A stretch of 64,000 nucleotides of DNA, taken from IMG/VR virus record IMGVR_UViG_3300010334_000030, positions 64,001 to 128,000 of that record. One strand, given 5' to 3'. The stretch is from a virus. The position numbers and the translations under genes were made by a program. The notes beneath the pieces were generated by a model. That model did not search any database. It was not told the DNA's origin and worked only from the letters and a program-made list of their open reading frames with translations. This document shows positions 1-10,185 of this stretch, piece by piece (position 1 is the first letter of the stretch; every line of letters begins with the position of its first letter).

Positions 1-688
1 GAGAAAATGATCCTCCCGGAATTCCCCATAGCAATGAGCTATTATTAATGCCTGGTGAAGTCCATTTAAATACTGGATGCTGTCCATAATCTAAAGGTGA
101 ACCTGTTTCTAGATTTGTTTTAGAAAACTCAAGAAGTGCTCCTGAATTTACTGACGAATCAGTGGATATCACAAATTTGGAAAGATCCGGATTTGTTGGT
201 CCTGCTTCTGGATTACTGTCTGAAAAAATAAAAGAATATAAGCTAGGATCTATCTGATTTATTATTAGAGAAGATCCGGTCAATCCGGAAGCTGGACTTG
301 CATTATCTCTATACCTACTTTCCACTATAGAAAAAACCTCACCAGTCGAATTTAAATTATATCCAGTAGGGGTCCAGCCATAATCAGTAAAAATGCTAAT
401 CTCACCATCATTGCTATTAACCCAATAGTCACTTAATATAATCGGATTATCAATACCACCTATTGGAGCTGAAGATGAGATTAACCACTTGCTCCCTCTG
501 ACTCCAGAATTTCCTGTTTGTCCCTTTGGCCCAATCTCACCTATAGGACCAGCGGGACCGGTTTCACCCTGAATTCCCTGAGATCCCCCATGAAGCTCCA
601 ACGTTTCATCAAAATTATTATTTAACTTATTTATAATAGAGCTCTGATCGTCATTATAATTTATAGCTAATATATTCGTTTTTGGCAT
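1..688 (-). CDS. Partial (runs off window start) virion/fibre protein with N-terminal collagen-like segment
   Basis: Read manually: ATG at 686-688 right after the stop of the 1934-aa ORF; MPKTNILAINYNDDQSSIINKLNNNF...GSQGIQGETGPAGPIGEIGPKGQTGNSGVRGSKW; open to position 1. Confidence 0.85.
   Translation of the reverse strand, partial: MPKTNILAINYNDDQSSIINKLNNNFDETLELHGGSQGIQGETGPAGPIGEIGPKGQTGNSGVRGSKWLISSSAPIGGIDNPIILSDYWVNSNDGEISIFTDYGWTPTGYNLNSTGEVFSIVESRYRDNASPASGLTGSSLIINQIDPSLYSFIFSDSNPEAGPTNPDLSKFVISTDSSVNSGALLEFSKTNLETGSPLDYGQHPVFKWTSPGINNSSLLWGIPGGSFS
494..586 (-). repeat. Collagen-like (Gly-X-Y)x10 coding repeat
   Basis: GSQ GIQ GET GPA GPI GEI GPK GQT GNS GVR G. Confidence 0.85.
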
Positions 689-689
689 T

Positions 690-3600
690 TTATATCTTGA
701 TTATACTTAAATCAAATTGGATTGAATAATTGTAATTTTTTTCTAGAGGATACTCAAATTCATACACTAAACTACTAATACTAGTTAGGCTATAGTTATT
801 ATCTAAGATATAACCGTTATTAATCAAATCACTCTGAAGCAAATCCCCTCTAACGGCTTCTTTAATTGATGATAAATTTTCCTGACTAGCAGTTTTCTTT
901 ACGTATAGATTAAAAGATCCACCCTGGAATGCTGGAGAAACGTTTAGATCTATATAGGAATTTATATCATCATTTATTGAATTTGGATCCCCTACTCCGA
1001 ACTCTGATATTATATTATCAATAAAAACGTTTTTTATTCCAGAATTAAGCAGAAATCTTCTTAAAATTCTATCCAATCTAATGATTCCCTTTAACTTATT
1101 TATGTCTTTAAAATACTGCCAAAAGATTTCACTCTCAGGAAATATGCTTAAATCCAATTTATTGAAATCTACCCCCGAAAGATATGGCCCAACGGATCCT
1201 ATGCCTTTCCCTGAATTTGAAGATGTGATGTTTTGAATTGGTTTTATAAATCCGCTTATTATAGAATTTAAAGAAGATATGCTTGTAGAGCCTGAAGTTC
1301 TTGATATTTCCAAAGTTATGTAATTCGGGGCTGATATAGAGTCTGGGGTCTTCATTATTTTAGAGCCAAAGAAAGTTTTTATCTCCTTCATAGATCTGGT
1401 TCCTGCCATTTTGAGGTAAGTTGTTGCACTTGTGTAACCCCTATAATATCCAGGATCCCAAGAAGATGAGAATAAATTAAAGTCCCTAATTGCTATTGGG
1501 GTTTGACCTACTAGAGGATAAACAGGTCCTTCTGGTATGGAGCTAGATAAAGCCAAAATTGGATTTCCTAATGAAACCTTGGTATAGCTTAGATTTCTGG
1601 AAACCCCAAAGTAATATTTACCAGAATCAAAATTGCAATTTCTATATGATAGATCTATGGAGTGTGTTCCTTCTGAAATAGAATCGATCTTGTCCTTGTT
1701 AAAATGAATCACCTTTCTAAAAATGGGCTCATAGAATCCAGAGTATCTAACTAAAATGGAAGAATATTTACCATCACCCGGATTTAAAACGTAATTTGTT
1801 ACTTTGGAGGTACCCCTAAGATCTTGAGGACCAGTATATGATTTAGAAAAACTTGTACCTAATGGTTTTATTATTTTAGTTGGCGGTTCAAAATAGATCT
1901 CAAATCCATTACTTTTAGAATCAGTACTTAAATCTACATCATTCCAAAAATAAGAAGTGTAAGTGATATAGCTAGAGCTGCTGTTTATTTTTTGAGAAAT
2001 GTATGCTGCTGTGCATCTGTTTAGAATTCCGCTAAAATATTTTTCCCCTCCGCCCACCTGAAAAACCGGTGCATCTTTATATATTACATTAGAACCAACA
2101 GGGACAATTACTGGCGAAGATATTGAAAAAGGAACGTTGAAAATATAATTTTGAGCCTCTGAAACCTGACCAAAATTGACATAGGAAGGACCAATACCAG
2201 TAGGCCAAGGGTACGTGCAAGAAATAGAGGGTACACTAAAACTACCAATTCCAGTTGCTAAGATTGTTGGTGCAGTAGCTCCTATTGGATTCTGTACATA
2301 AAAAAGATGGATCTCTTCCCTTAGATCTGTATCGTAAGAGTTATTTTTAGCTATGTTTATTCTCCCATTCACCCCGGTATTCGTATCAACTAAACTACCC
2401 GCTGCTAGTGATAGATCTAACCCAGAGCTCAATTTGACGTCATCAATATAAGTAAATTTAGATCCGGTAGTGATAGGATATTCTAGGTATGCAGAGAATG
2501 CTCCCGTGAAATCCAATGTTGGGGTTACTTCTAATCCAGAATTTGCTGCAGCTTTTATAACGGAATTTCCTGATGCTGTTATACCAGAGCCTATATTAAC
2601 TCCACAAAATCCTATAGACACAGAACCTGCAGTTACGCCGGAGATTTCGTATACCAGATTATAAAAAGCACCAGTGGCTGCGGAGAAAACATCGGATATT
2701 AAAGGGTCAGCGGAGGAGTTATACTCGTGGGTATATCCGCTAGAAAAATCAGTTCCTGTCCAGCCATCTCCTGATCCAGTAGTAATTAAAGTAGGTGGGG
2801 TAACACTAGTTTTATTCTTAGCAGAATATAAAGTGGTATAATCTATTATATAATCATCAGATTGGATAGATCCTAGAGGAAATAGCCTTTGGTCTTTCAT
2901 TATCAGATTGCAAACAAACAAAACGAATTTTTGCTGGGCGTTCTCAATAACTTCGTAGGAAACTGGAGCTTGAATTATAGAATCGTCCTCATTAACTATT
3001 CTTAATATCGCTGAAAATTTATAATCTTCATAGCCTCTATAATTAGGAATATATTTACTAGTTGAGTTGGTATAATTTTCTACCTTTTTTTTAAGAACAA
3101 CCTTAATTCCTCTAAAGATTGTTTCATAATAAGAAGATGCCGGATTATATTGAAAAGAAGAGAAAAGCTCCTTAGTGTAATTCTTTTCGTTAACATATTC
3201 TTGCGGATAATCACCAGGCTCAACCGTAAAATAAGAAGAAAGATAAAGGGAATCTTCAGGATTTGCACTTCTAGCTTTATCCAGATCTATTTTACCTGAC
3301 AAATAACTTTTTTGATCACCCATATCTTCTACGGGGAAGTTTCTAGGAGGTTGCTCCAACAAAAACCACTCCATTGTTAGATATCTAGTATCTATAGATA
3401 TTTTATCTAAGCTTGGAGAAAAATTAAGTGGTGTGAAAGCTGGGCTTGAATTTAGCCTGTATTGATTACCTCTTGCATCGTATCCATTAAAATAGCCCCA
3501 TTTGTTTATATAAGGAACTATTCTGGAGATGTTAGATCTTTCTATAGTGTAATTTTCCCACAAATACTCATATTCGGTATTCAATTTACCGTTATTGAAA

Positions 3601-6494
3601 ACGTCCAATTTAGAGGCGGAAGAACTTAATCTGGTAGGATCTAAACTTTGAATCCCTATAAACCCATCAAACGTATTAAAGTCCTGATAATAGTCAATAT
3701 TAGAATAATTCATATTACCAGTATATGTGACGTTAGAATACTGAGCAGGAAAAACAACAGGCAAAGAATTCAAAGATGGAGCAGAATTAATAAAAGATGT
3801 TGATCCTGTTATACCATAAAATAAATCTCCTGTATTATAAATTGAGCCAGAATACAGAATCTGTCCACTCTTTACAAAATAAGGTATATTAGCTTTAATC
3901 TCACCAGTTCTATTAACTTCTAATTGATAATACTTATATGTTTCCGGGGTTGGCGTATAAGAATACTCAGAACTCCAGAAATCAAAATCAAATTCCTTGA
4001 CGTCAAAGAATGTAAATACCCCTATATGGCTTTTATTTGAGCTATACACATTAAACGATCCATCAGATCCTAACTGAACTGTTGCAAATTGATTAGCAAG
4101 ATTAGCAACCAGGAGGCTATCAAAATTGTTAAATGACGTTATTTGACCAGTCAATGGATCAATTATTGGTTCGTCAACATACTTAGTCACTTCTAAAATT
4201 TCAGAGGTTCCTGTTAAACTGTTTATGAAATAGCCTGGTTTAACTATGTTTGAGTACTTGTTGCTGAAAACTACTCTACATTCTTTAGTATCCGATCCGC
4301 CAATAAAATTAACATTTTTGAATATCTGAGAAGCATCAGCCCCATTTATTTTAACATATCCTGATTTTGAAAAGGTGTAATAGATTTCCCAGTTATCAAT
4401 ATCATCATCAGGTGATGGACTTAGACTAGTAGACGCTACTATGTTATTTAAAGCTGAATAATAGGTCTCATTATAAAGAACAATATCAGATTGTGAGTAT
4501 GAAGAAGTACTATCCCATGATCCTTTAAATCTTGAAGTAAATTCATCATAGTTATCAAAGATACTAACAGAATAAGATTTATCCGTTTGTATGCCCCTGA
4601 ATTTTGATCTAATAATAGAGGATGCTGAATTATTTGCAGAATCCCAAGTTGAGGTGTCTACACTTCTTATTAAGGATGAAAATGCCGATGCTATTTCAGT
4701 AGTAGATCCGGTGATAGCATTAAAGTAGTACGAAGTACCACTAGAATAATAAGATCCTCCAGTCCAAATGAGAACAGCTGAAAAATCTCCAGATTTAACA
4801 AGATCATATTTTCTTCCACCTTCCCTAATAGACCCATTAGGCCAATATATTTTAAATGTAAGATGCTCCGGGAATTCCCAATTCTTCAAAAACTCAACTT
4901 CAAAATACGGGTTTCCTGCTTTAGAAGCATTTGAACCTGGAACGGTAGCAATTTTTTTATCACTCCCGGTAAAATTCAAAAGATCTGTCTTAGTGTTATG
5001 TATTACCAGGGATCCGCTTGAATTAGAGTGGAAAGATCCAGTAGTTCCAAATGAATCCGTTTCTGGACGATAAGGACCATATTGATAGCAAGAGATGTCA
5101 GTACCAGATGCCAGTTCTTCCGAATATTTTTCAATTCTTTTTAAGCTGTAAAAATTATCATACTTATCTGTTAAATAAAAAAGTTTATCTGAATATTCAA
5201 CATTTACATTATCAGATCCTGGTAGATATCCGCTGGCACCCTCGTAGTAAAGTCTAACCCCGCAAGAAGATGATATTGGATTAGAAAAATTATTGTCATA
5301 GTATCCAACATTATTTACGGATGGCTTTGGAAGATTTAAATTACCCGCATCGTTTTTGTGCTTAAAAAAGAAATTACCGTTTAACTGTAATTCGGAAACA
5401 TCATTACGTGAAACATAAAGACCAAAATACCTATTTATAGTATAGAGATCAGAGTCTTCATCATTAAAAAGAAACTCTAGATTAAGAAGATTTGGACAAA
5501 TTAAACCATTTCTTGAAAACCCCGAAGTGATATAATCTTCTAGATCTATCATTGGATCAGATTTAGAAGAGGATAAAAACGAACTTAGCTGTTCTCCTTT
5601 TTTAGAAAAAACCCCTTCTGAATAGCTAACTCCTTTAAAATAGCTATATGAATCATTTCCCCAGTTAATCTCTAATGGTGATGTGGAAAACCCTGGATTA
5701 TTAAAAATAGATCTTATATACTTTCCAATTTTAGTTGATTCCCTAAGGTCAAATGTTTTAATTACCCTGCAATTCGGAAGAATTTTTTCTCTAAATGTCG
5801 AATCAATATTATCAACAAGTGAGATGTTATTTAACTCATTAAATATAGCAACTTTTCCACTTCCACTTAGTATTGAATACGAATCAACATTTAAAACCCC
5901 TTTAAAAATATCACCACTTTTATAACTCTTTGGATTACCGTATGGATCAATCCCATATTGTATAATAAAATCACCATCCGATGAATAATCTTGGATAACC
6001 TTGTAAGAAGTACCCTCTGATATTTTAGTTTGGTTTTCTGTGTAAGAATAGCTTAAAGGTCCAGGAACTTTAAACACAACAAAAAAATCTGGTATTTCAT
6101 TTTTAACCCAAAGAGGCTGGAAGTACGAAAAATCTTCATTATAATTACCATCAATTAATAAAGAAGCTCCACTAGAATAGAAAAAATCATATTGTCCTGA
6201 AAAATTCTCAGCAGATCTTTTATCACCGTCGGTAAATTTAGCAACATCAAAAACTATGCTATTAGAAAGTGTACCCTTATCAAAATAATTAAATAGATCA
6301 ACGGAGTAACTATTATCACCTGTTATATTAAATCTCTTAAAACGTGATGAACTTAATGTTTGATTAGCATTCATAGAATTAAACCAAACACCTCCGGAAG
6401 AATCAACAGTAATTTTAAAATTTCCAGAAATTTTAGGATTAGTTCTAATTACTGAGAATGATGTATTATAATCAAAAAGTTTAGATTGGGACAT
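690..6494 (-). CDS. Large putative virion structural protein (1934 aa; baseplate/fibre-associated) with a small CBM5/12-like motif
   Basis: Long S/T/G/N/Y-rich ORF in structural operon; FKGSWDSTSSYSQSDIVLYNETYYSAL...DNWE resembles the W..Y..GD.V.Y.G..Y.A carbohydrate-binding motif. Confidence 0.6.
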   Translation of the reverse strand: MSQSKLFDYNTSFSVIRTNPKISGNFKITVDSSGGVWFNSMNANQTLSSSRFKRFNITGDNSYSVDLFNYFDKGTLSNSIVFDVAKFTDGDKRSAENFSGQYDFFYSSGASLLIDGNYNEDFSYFQPLWVKNEIPDFFVVFKVPGPLSYSYTENQTKISEGTSYKVIQDYSSDGDFIIQYGIDPYGNPKSYKSGDIFKGVLNVDSYSILSGSGKVAIFNELNNISLVDNIDSTFREKILPNCRVIKTFDLRESTKIGKYIRSIFNNPGFSTSPLEINWGNDSYSYFKGVSYSEGVFSKKGEQLSSFLSSSKSDPMIDLEDYITSGFSRNGLICPNLLNLEFLFNDEDSDLYTINRYFGLYVSRNDVSELQLNGNFFFKHKNDAGNLNLPKPSVNNVGYYDNNFSNPISSSCGVRLYYEGASGYLPGSDNVNVEYSDKLFYLTDKYDNFYSLKRIEKYSEELASGTDISCYQYGPYRPETDSFGTTGSFHSNSSGSLVIHNTKTDLLNFTGSDKKIATVPGSNASKAGNPYFEVEFLKNWEFPEHLTFKIYWPNGSIREGGRKYDLVKSGDFSAVLIWTGGSYYSSGTSYYFNAITGSTTEIASAFSSLIRSVDTSTWDSANNSASSIIRSKFRGIQTDKSYSVSIFDNYDEFTSRFKGSWDSTSSYSQSDIVLYNETYYSALNNIVASTSLSPSPDDDIDNWEIYYTFSKSGYVKINGADASQIFKNVNFIGGSDTKECRVVFSNKYSNIVKPGYFINSLTGTSEILEVTKYVDEPIIDPLTGQITSFNNFDSLLVANLANQFATVQLGSDGSFNVYSSNKSHIGVFTFFDVKEFDFDFWSSEYSYTPTPETYKYYQLEVNRTGEIKANIPYFVKSGQILYSGSIYNTGDLFYGITGSTSFINSAPSLNSLPVVFPAQYSNVTYTGNMNYSNIDYYQDFNTFDGFIGIQSLDPTRLSSSASKLDVFNNGKLNTEYEYLWENYTIERSNISRIVPYINKWGYFNGYDARGNQYRLNSSPAFTPLNFSPSLDKISIDTRYLTMEWFLLEQPPRNFPVEDMGDQKSYLSGKIDLDKARSANPEDSLYLSSYFTVEPGDYPQEYVNEKNYTKELFSSFQYNPASSYYETIFRGIKVVLKKKVENYTNSTSKYIPNYRGYEDYKFSAILRIVNEDDSIIQAPVSYEVIENAQQKFVLFVCNLIMKDQRLFPLGSIQSDDYIIDYTTLYSAKNKTSVTPPTLITTGSGDGWTGTDFSSGYTHEYNSSADPLISDVFSAATGAFYNLVYEISGVTAGSVSIGFCGVNIGSGITASGNSVIKAAANSGLEVTPTLDFTGAFSAYLEYPITTGSKFTYIDDVKLSSGLDLSLAAGSLVDTNTGVNGRINIAKNNSYDTDLREEIHLFYVQNPIGATAPTILATGIGSFSVPSISCTYPWPTGIGPSYVNFGQVSEAQNYIFNVPFSISSPVIVPVGSNVIYKDAPVFQVGGGEKYFSGILNRCTAAYISQKINSSSSYITYTSYFWNDVDLSTDSKSNGFEIYFEPPTKIIKPLGTSFSKSYTGPQDLRGTSKVTNYVLNPGDGKYSSILVRYSGFYEPIFRKVIHFNKDKIDSISEGTHSIDLSYRNCNFDSGKYYFGVSRNLSYTKVSLGNPILALSSSIPEGPVYPLVGQTPIAIRDFNLFSSSWDPGYYRGYTSATTYLKMAGTRSMKEIKTFFGSKIMKTPDSISAPNYITLEISRTSGSTSISSLNSIISGFIKPIQNITSSNSGKGIGSVGPYLSGVDFNKLDLSIFPESEIFWQYFKDINKLKGIIRLDRILRRFLLNSGIKNVFIDNIISEFGVGDPNSINDDINSYIDLNVSPAFQGGSFNLYVKKTASQENLSSIKEAVRGDLLQSDLINNGYILDNNYSLTSISSLVYEFEYPLEKNYNYSIQFDLSIIKI

Positions 6495-6524
6495 ATTATC
6501 CTTTGATTTTATCTATTACCTAAT

Positions 6525-9500
6525 TTACACTCTCCCACTACTAAAATTAGGGGAAACTAGAGTGTCGTTTTTATATGATCCAGTTACTTGTACATCAAAA
6601 GAAAATGGATCCTCGTTCAGTACTTTTACATCTATACCTATTTTTTTAGTATAGGTTATATTTGTGATGTTACCTGTTTTTCTCCATCCGCCAATATATC
6701 CAGCCTTATCCACTGTTCTGAATTGAAAAACAAGAGGAATGTTTATCGCATTAGAATCACCATCAAAAAGATTAGTAGAAGAAAGACTTGTGTTTCCAGG
6801 AACCTGTATTTTATTTGCTAAAGACGGAGCCAAGAATAAATAAGCACCGCACGAATATTTACCTATTAAGTATTCATCGTTTGAGGTAAACCCTAGCTTA
6901 TCTGAATACATGTTATCAGCCCTTGGAGTTTGATCATCAGTGGGAAACACACCAGGGGATCTGTATGAGCTCTGAACCCAATAGTAATTTAATGAAGTGT
7001 CTCCCCAAAAACATTGAGTGTGTCTAAAAGGAGCATATGATATTGCTTGTGTTGGATCTGCATAAGGCTTTACCAAGGTAGGATAATCCCCGTTATAAGT
7101 ATTCTGGTTTCCAACCTCTATTAAATATGGATGTCTTACATCTATACAAAACTCTGAAATTGCTCCTCCCCCTAAAGGTGATCCGCCACTGGTATCTGAA
7201 AAATAACCAGACCAAATATTAGATGACGTTGCACCAGATATGGTTGGGTCAATATTTCGAGGATCGTAAGGGGTCATTATAGTTCCGTTTTGCGGATATC
7301 TATCTGTTACCCCAAAATTTGTCTGAGTTATAGCATCATAGAGATAACTTGTAAAATAGGTATTACTAAAATACGTAGAAAGATTCTGTGGTGCGGATGA
7401 ATTATTAAGAAGGATCTGATCAAATCCAACACTTTTATACCTTTGATAAATAAATTGCGAATAAGAACTTGCCGATGCATAGGGTGGCTGTTGTCTAAAA
7501 AACGTATTAGATCTTCCGTCAGCAACAAGAGCAGACTGTGTTACAGATGTTAAAGAAATAGGAGCATCACTGTATCTAAGATTGGTATCATATCCCGACG
7601 GATAGTTATTCTCGACTGTTAGAGGAGCTCTAGTATCAAGCCCACCAGGAATAGATGATCCTAGCTCAACCGGGGATGCCTGTGAATTGTATAGCTGAAT
7701 AGAATAAGTAATGGAAGCAATCTTTCCAGCGTCATAATTTAAAGGTGAGGTAAAAAAGTCACTTGTAAATCCAGCATTTAGCTTAATCGAAGATCCTTTA
7801 GAAACTTTAAGCTTATTGCCTGATGAATCAACTATATAAACTTCAAGAACACCTCTAGCATTACTTATATTAGACTTAATTAGATTTATTTGATTTTGCA
7901 GATCAGTAAGCTTTTCAAAAAGATTTATCACCACACCATTACTTGTAAAAAATCCACTAGCTATTCCACTAGTATCATGAAAATATGTTTTATCTCCGGA
8001 AGTAAACTGTTGGGAAAGGTGAATCGGAAGACCCTGTGCATCAAGATCAGATTGCATTTTAACGACTGCAGCATCTTGATTATTCACCTTTACTATATCA
8101 GAAACCCCGGAAACTGATAGATTATCAGGGAAAGATATTATAACAGAAGTAGAATAATCTGACACTAAAGGATTATCTGGCCAGCCAGCTTCAGAGACTG
8201 AAGCAATCTGAATTTCCAGCCTTTCTCCTTTCGTAATAGGAAGATCTAATTGATTTATATTTTGCGCATTCCCATCTGCTGTTATTTCTGGAGACCAAAC
8301 ATACACCCCCTTAGAGGTTAAATACTCTTTTTTTCTAATGTCGGTTTTGTATTCAATCCAGTTCGAAAAAGTGCCGGTTTTTAGCGTACCGTCAGTGTCC
8401 ATATATTCTATCGTCTCAGAAGGCTGAGCTGAACCTGAATCGCTTAAATATCTATACCTAACAGAAAATTGAATCACCTCCTGATTTCCTGTCTGAGAGC
8501 TATATCTAGGTAAAGGGATTGGCCAAAATCCTCTAACCCTGTACTTTGGTGTTTCTAACAGCTGAGGAACGTCCGTAGTAAGAGAATTCACGTCAGCTAC
8601 AATAGAAGAATAAAGCTGAACTTTTTTACTTCTCTCCTCTATCAAATTATTTAAACTTGCTCTCAAAGAATTAACATTAACCCCAATAGGATTAGTAACC
8701 TGTCTGTTTTGGGATTGTGTTAGATTTGCTCCAAGAATTGCATTAATTTCATTGTTCTGGGTATTTAATTGAGAAGATGACTGATTAGAAGTACCGATTC
8801 CTGTATTTAATTGTAGTCTAACTTTATTAATCGAATCATCTAAAGATGATATCTCGCTTTTTAAAGTGGACTTAGCCTGTAGCTTTTCGTTTATTGTTTT
8901 TACTGATGTCGAGTCAGTAACCTGTTTATTGATTTGAACAACCTTAAAGTTATCAGAAGAAACTTGGGGCGTATCGGGGAGAAGCCCTTGAACCGCAGGG
9001 ATTTTTTTCTCCTTAGACATTCCCAAAAATATTTTACCCAGATCCGAAACATCTGACAGATAATAGCTCTCCAGTGAAACTACGTTTCCGTTAGAATCTT
9101 TTGTCTCCAGATTATTACTCCAGAAAACAATACCGGATGACCAATTAGATCCAACTATATTAAAATTATCATCTATTGTTTTAAAGAAAATCCCTTGTCT
9201 TTCGTTATACCCAATATTAACCTGAATATATCTTGGTCCGAAATCGGTTGAAGAAATAGAAAGGGTATTTGCCCCAAGAGCTATTGGATCATACCCTGAA
9301 ATTCGTTTAGCTTGTATTGAAGATTGATCCTTGTTAACTGATGTTATTAAATAAAGTGTTCCCCCCGGTGTTGATATTTTATCATTAACGTCTAGATATC
9401 TACCGTCATTAACTCCGGAAAGTGAATCGGTATATTTAAGTGTATTAAGCTTATAATTTCTTCTTGTTTCTTTAAATGTTTTACCGTTCTTATCTGTCAT

Positions 9501-10175
9501 TGTTATGACATCATCATAATAAGAGATAACACTAAAATTTCCAAAAAATCTAATTGATCTTAAAGGCAACTGGATAATATCTTCATCTACAAAATAATCA
9601 ATACCAGCATCTGATAGATAATTTATAAATTGATCATGTGAAAGATCGTTTCTTCCACTTAGATTTTTATCAAAGTAACTTTGTTTAGTTACCGTGTCAG
9701 TGTTGGCAATTATTCTTTTAATCTGAACTCGATCCTCTGAATCTGGGATTTTATCAGTTACATTAACATTTATATAAAGAAGAGGACTTAGAAAACTTTC
9801 AAAGAACCAATTATCCTTTACGTAGAATGTTTTAGGTACTGGCAGATTTGAAAGAGCTACAGGATCTTTAAGTGTTTCAGTTTTATAAACTTGCGAATAT
9901 GTTCCGTCAGGATTTCTGATTGTTGCAGAATTATCACCTAGGCCTGCAAGGGCTTTTATGTTATTATCAAGTCTTTGGATTTCACCTCTTAGATATCCAT
10001 ACGAAGGTATGTTTGCATTTTTTGGTAAACCGTTTTCATCCAAAACTTCTATAGATACAGTAGCATTAGTGGAAACTGCGGCTTCGTTTAAACCGTTTAA
10101 TATCTCCAATGAATTCTTCTGCAGTCTTAAAAACTGAGCTATTAATGAACTTACTGAATTTTGTGTACCTGCCAT
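6525..10175 (-). CDS. Putative virion structural protein (1216 aa) with central coiled coil
   Basis: Structural gene context; heptad-like segments (INEKLQAKSTLKSEISSLDDSINKVRLQL; LFEKLTDLQNQINLIK). Confidence 0.55.
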   Translation of the reverse strand: MAGTQNSVSSLIAQFLRLQKNSLEILNGLNEAAVSTNATVSIEVLDENGLPKNANIPSYGYLRGEIQRLDNNIKALAGLGDNSATIRNPDGTYSQVYKTETLKDPVALSNLPVPKTFYVKDNWFFESFLSPLLYINVNVTDKIPDSEDRVQIKRIIANTDTVTKQSYFDKNLSGRNDLSHDQFINYLSDAGIDYFVDEDIIQLPLRSIRFFGNFSVISYYDDVITMTDKNGKTFKETRRNYKLNTLKYTDSLSGVNDGRYLDVNDKISTPGGTLYLITSVNKDQSSIQAKRISGYDPIALGANTLSISSTDFGPRYIQVNIGYNERQGIFFKTIDDNFNIVGSNWSSGIVFWSNNLETKDSNGNVVSLESYYLSDVSDLGKIFLGMSKEKKIPAVQGLLPDTPQVSSDNFKVVQINKQVTDSTSVKTINEKLQAKSTLKSEISSLDDSINKVRLQLNTGIGTSNQSSSQLNTQNNEINAILGANLTQSQNRQVTNPIGVNVNSLRASLNNLIEERSKKVQLYSSIVADVNSLTTDVPQLLETPKYRVRGFWPIPLPRYSSQTGNQEVIQFSVRYRYLSDSGSAQPSETIEYMDTDGTLKTGTFSNWIEYKTDIRKKEYLTSKGVYVWSPEITADGNAQNINQLDLPITKGERLEIQIASVSEAGWPDNPLVSDYSTSVIISFPDNLSVSGVSDIVKVNNQDAAVVKMQSDLDAQGLPIHLSQQFTSGDKTYFHDTSGIASGFFTSNGVVINLFEKLTDLQNQINLIKSNISNARGVLEVYIVDSSGNKLKVSKGSSIKLNAGFTSDFFTSPLNYDAGKIASITYSIQLYNSQASPVELGSSIPGGLDTRAPLTVENNYPSGYDTNLRYSDAPISLTSVTQSALVADGRSNTFFRQQPPYASASSYSQFIYQRYKSVGFDQILLNNSSAPQNLSTYFSNTYFTSYLYDAITQTNFGVTDRYPQNGTIMTPYDPRNIDPTISGATSSNIWSGYFSDTSGGSPLGGGAISEFCIDVRHPYLIEVGNQNTYNGDYPTLVKPYADPTQAISYAPFRHTQCFWGDTSLNYYWVQSSYRSPGVFPTDDQTPRADNMYSDKLGFTSNDEYLIGKYSCGAYLFLAPSLANKIQVPGNTSLSSTNLFDGDSNAINIPLVFQFRTVDKAGYIGGWRKTGNITNITYTKKIGIDVKVLNEDPFSFDVQVTGSYKNDTLVSPNFSSGRV

Positions 10176-10185
10176 TTCTTAATTA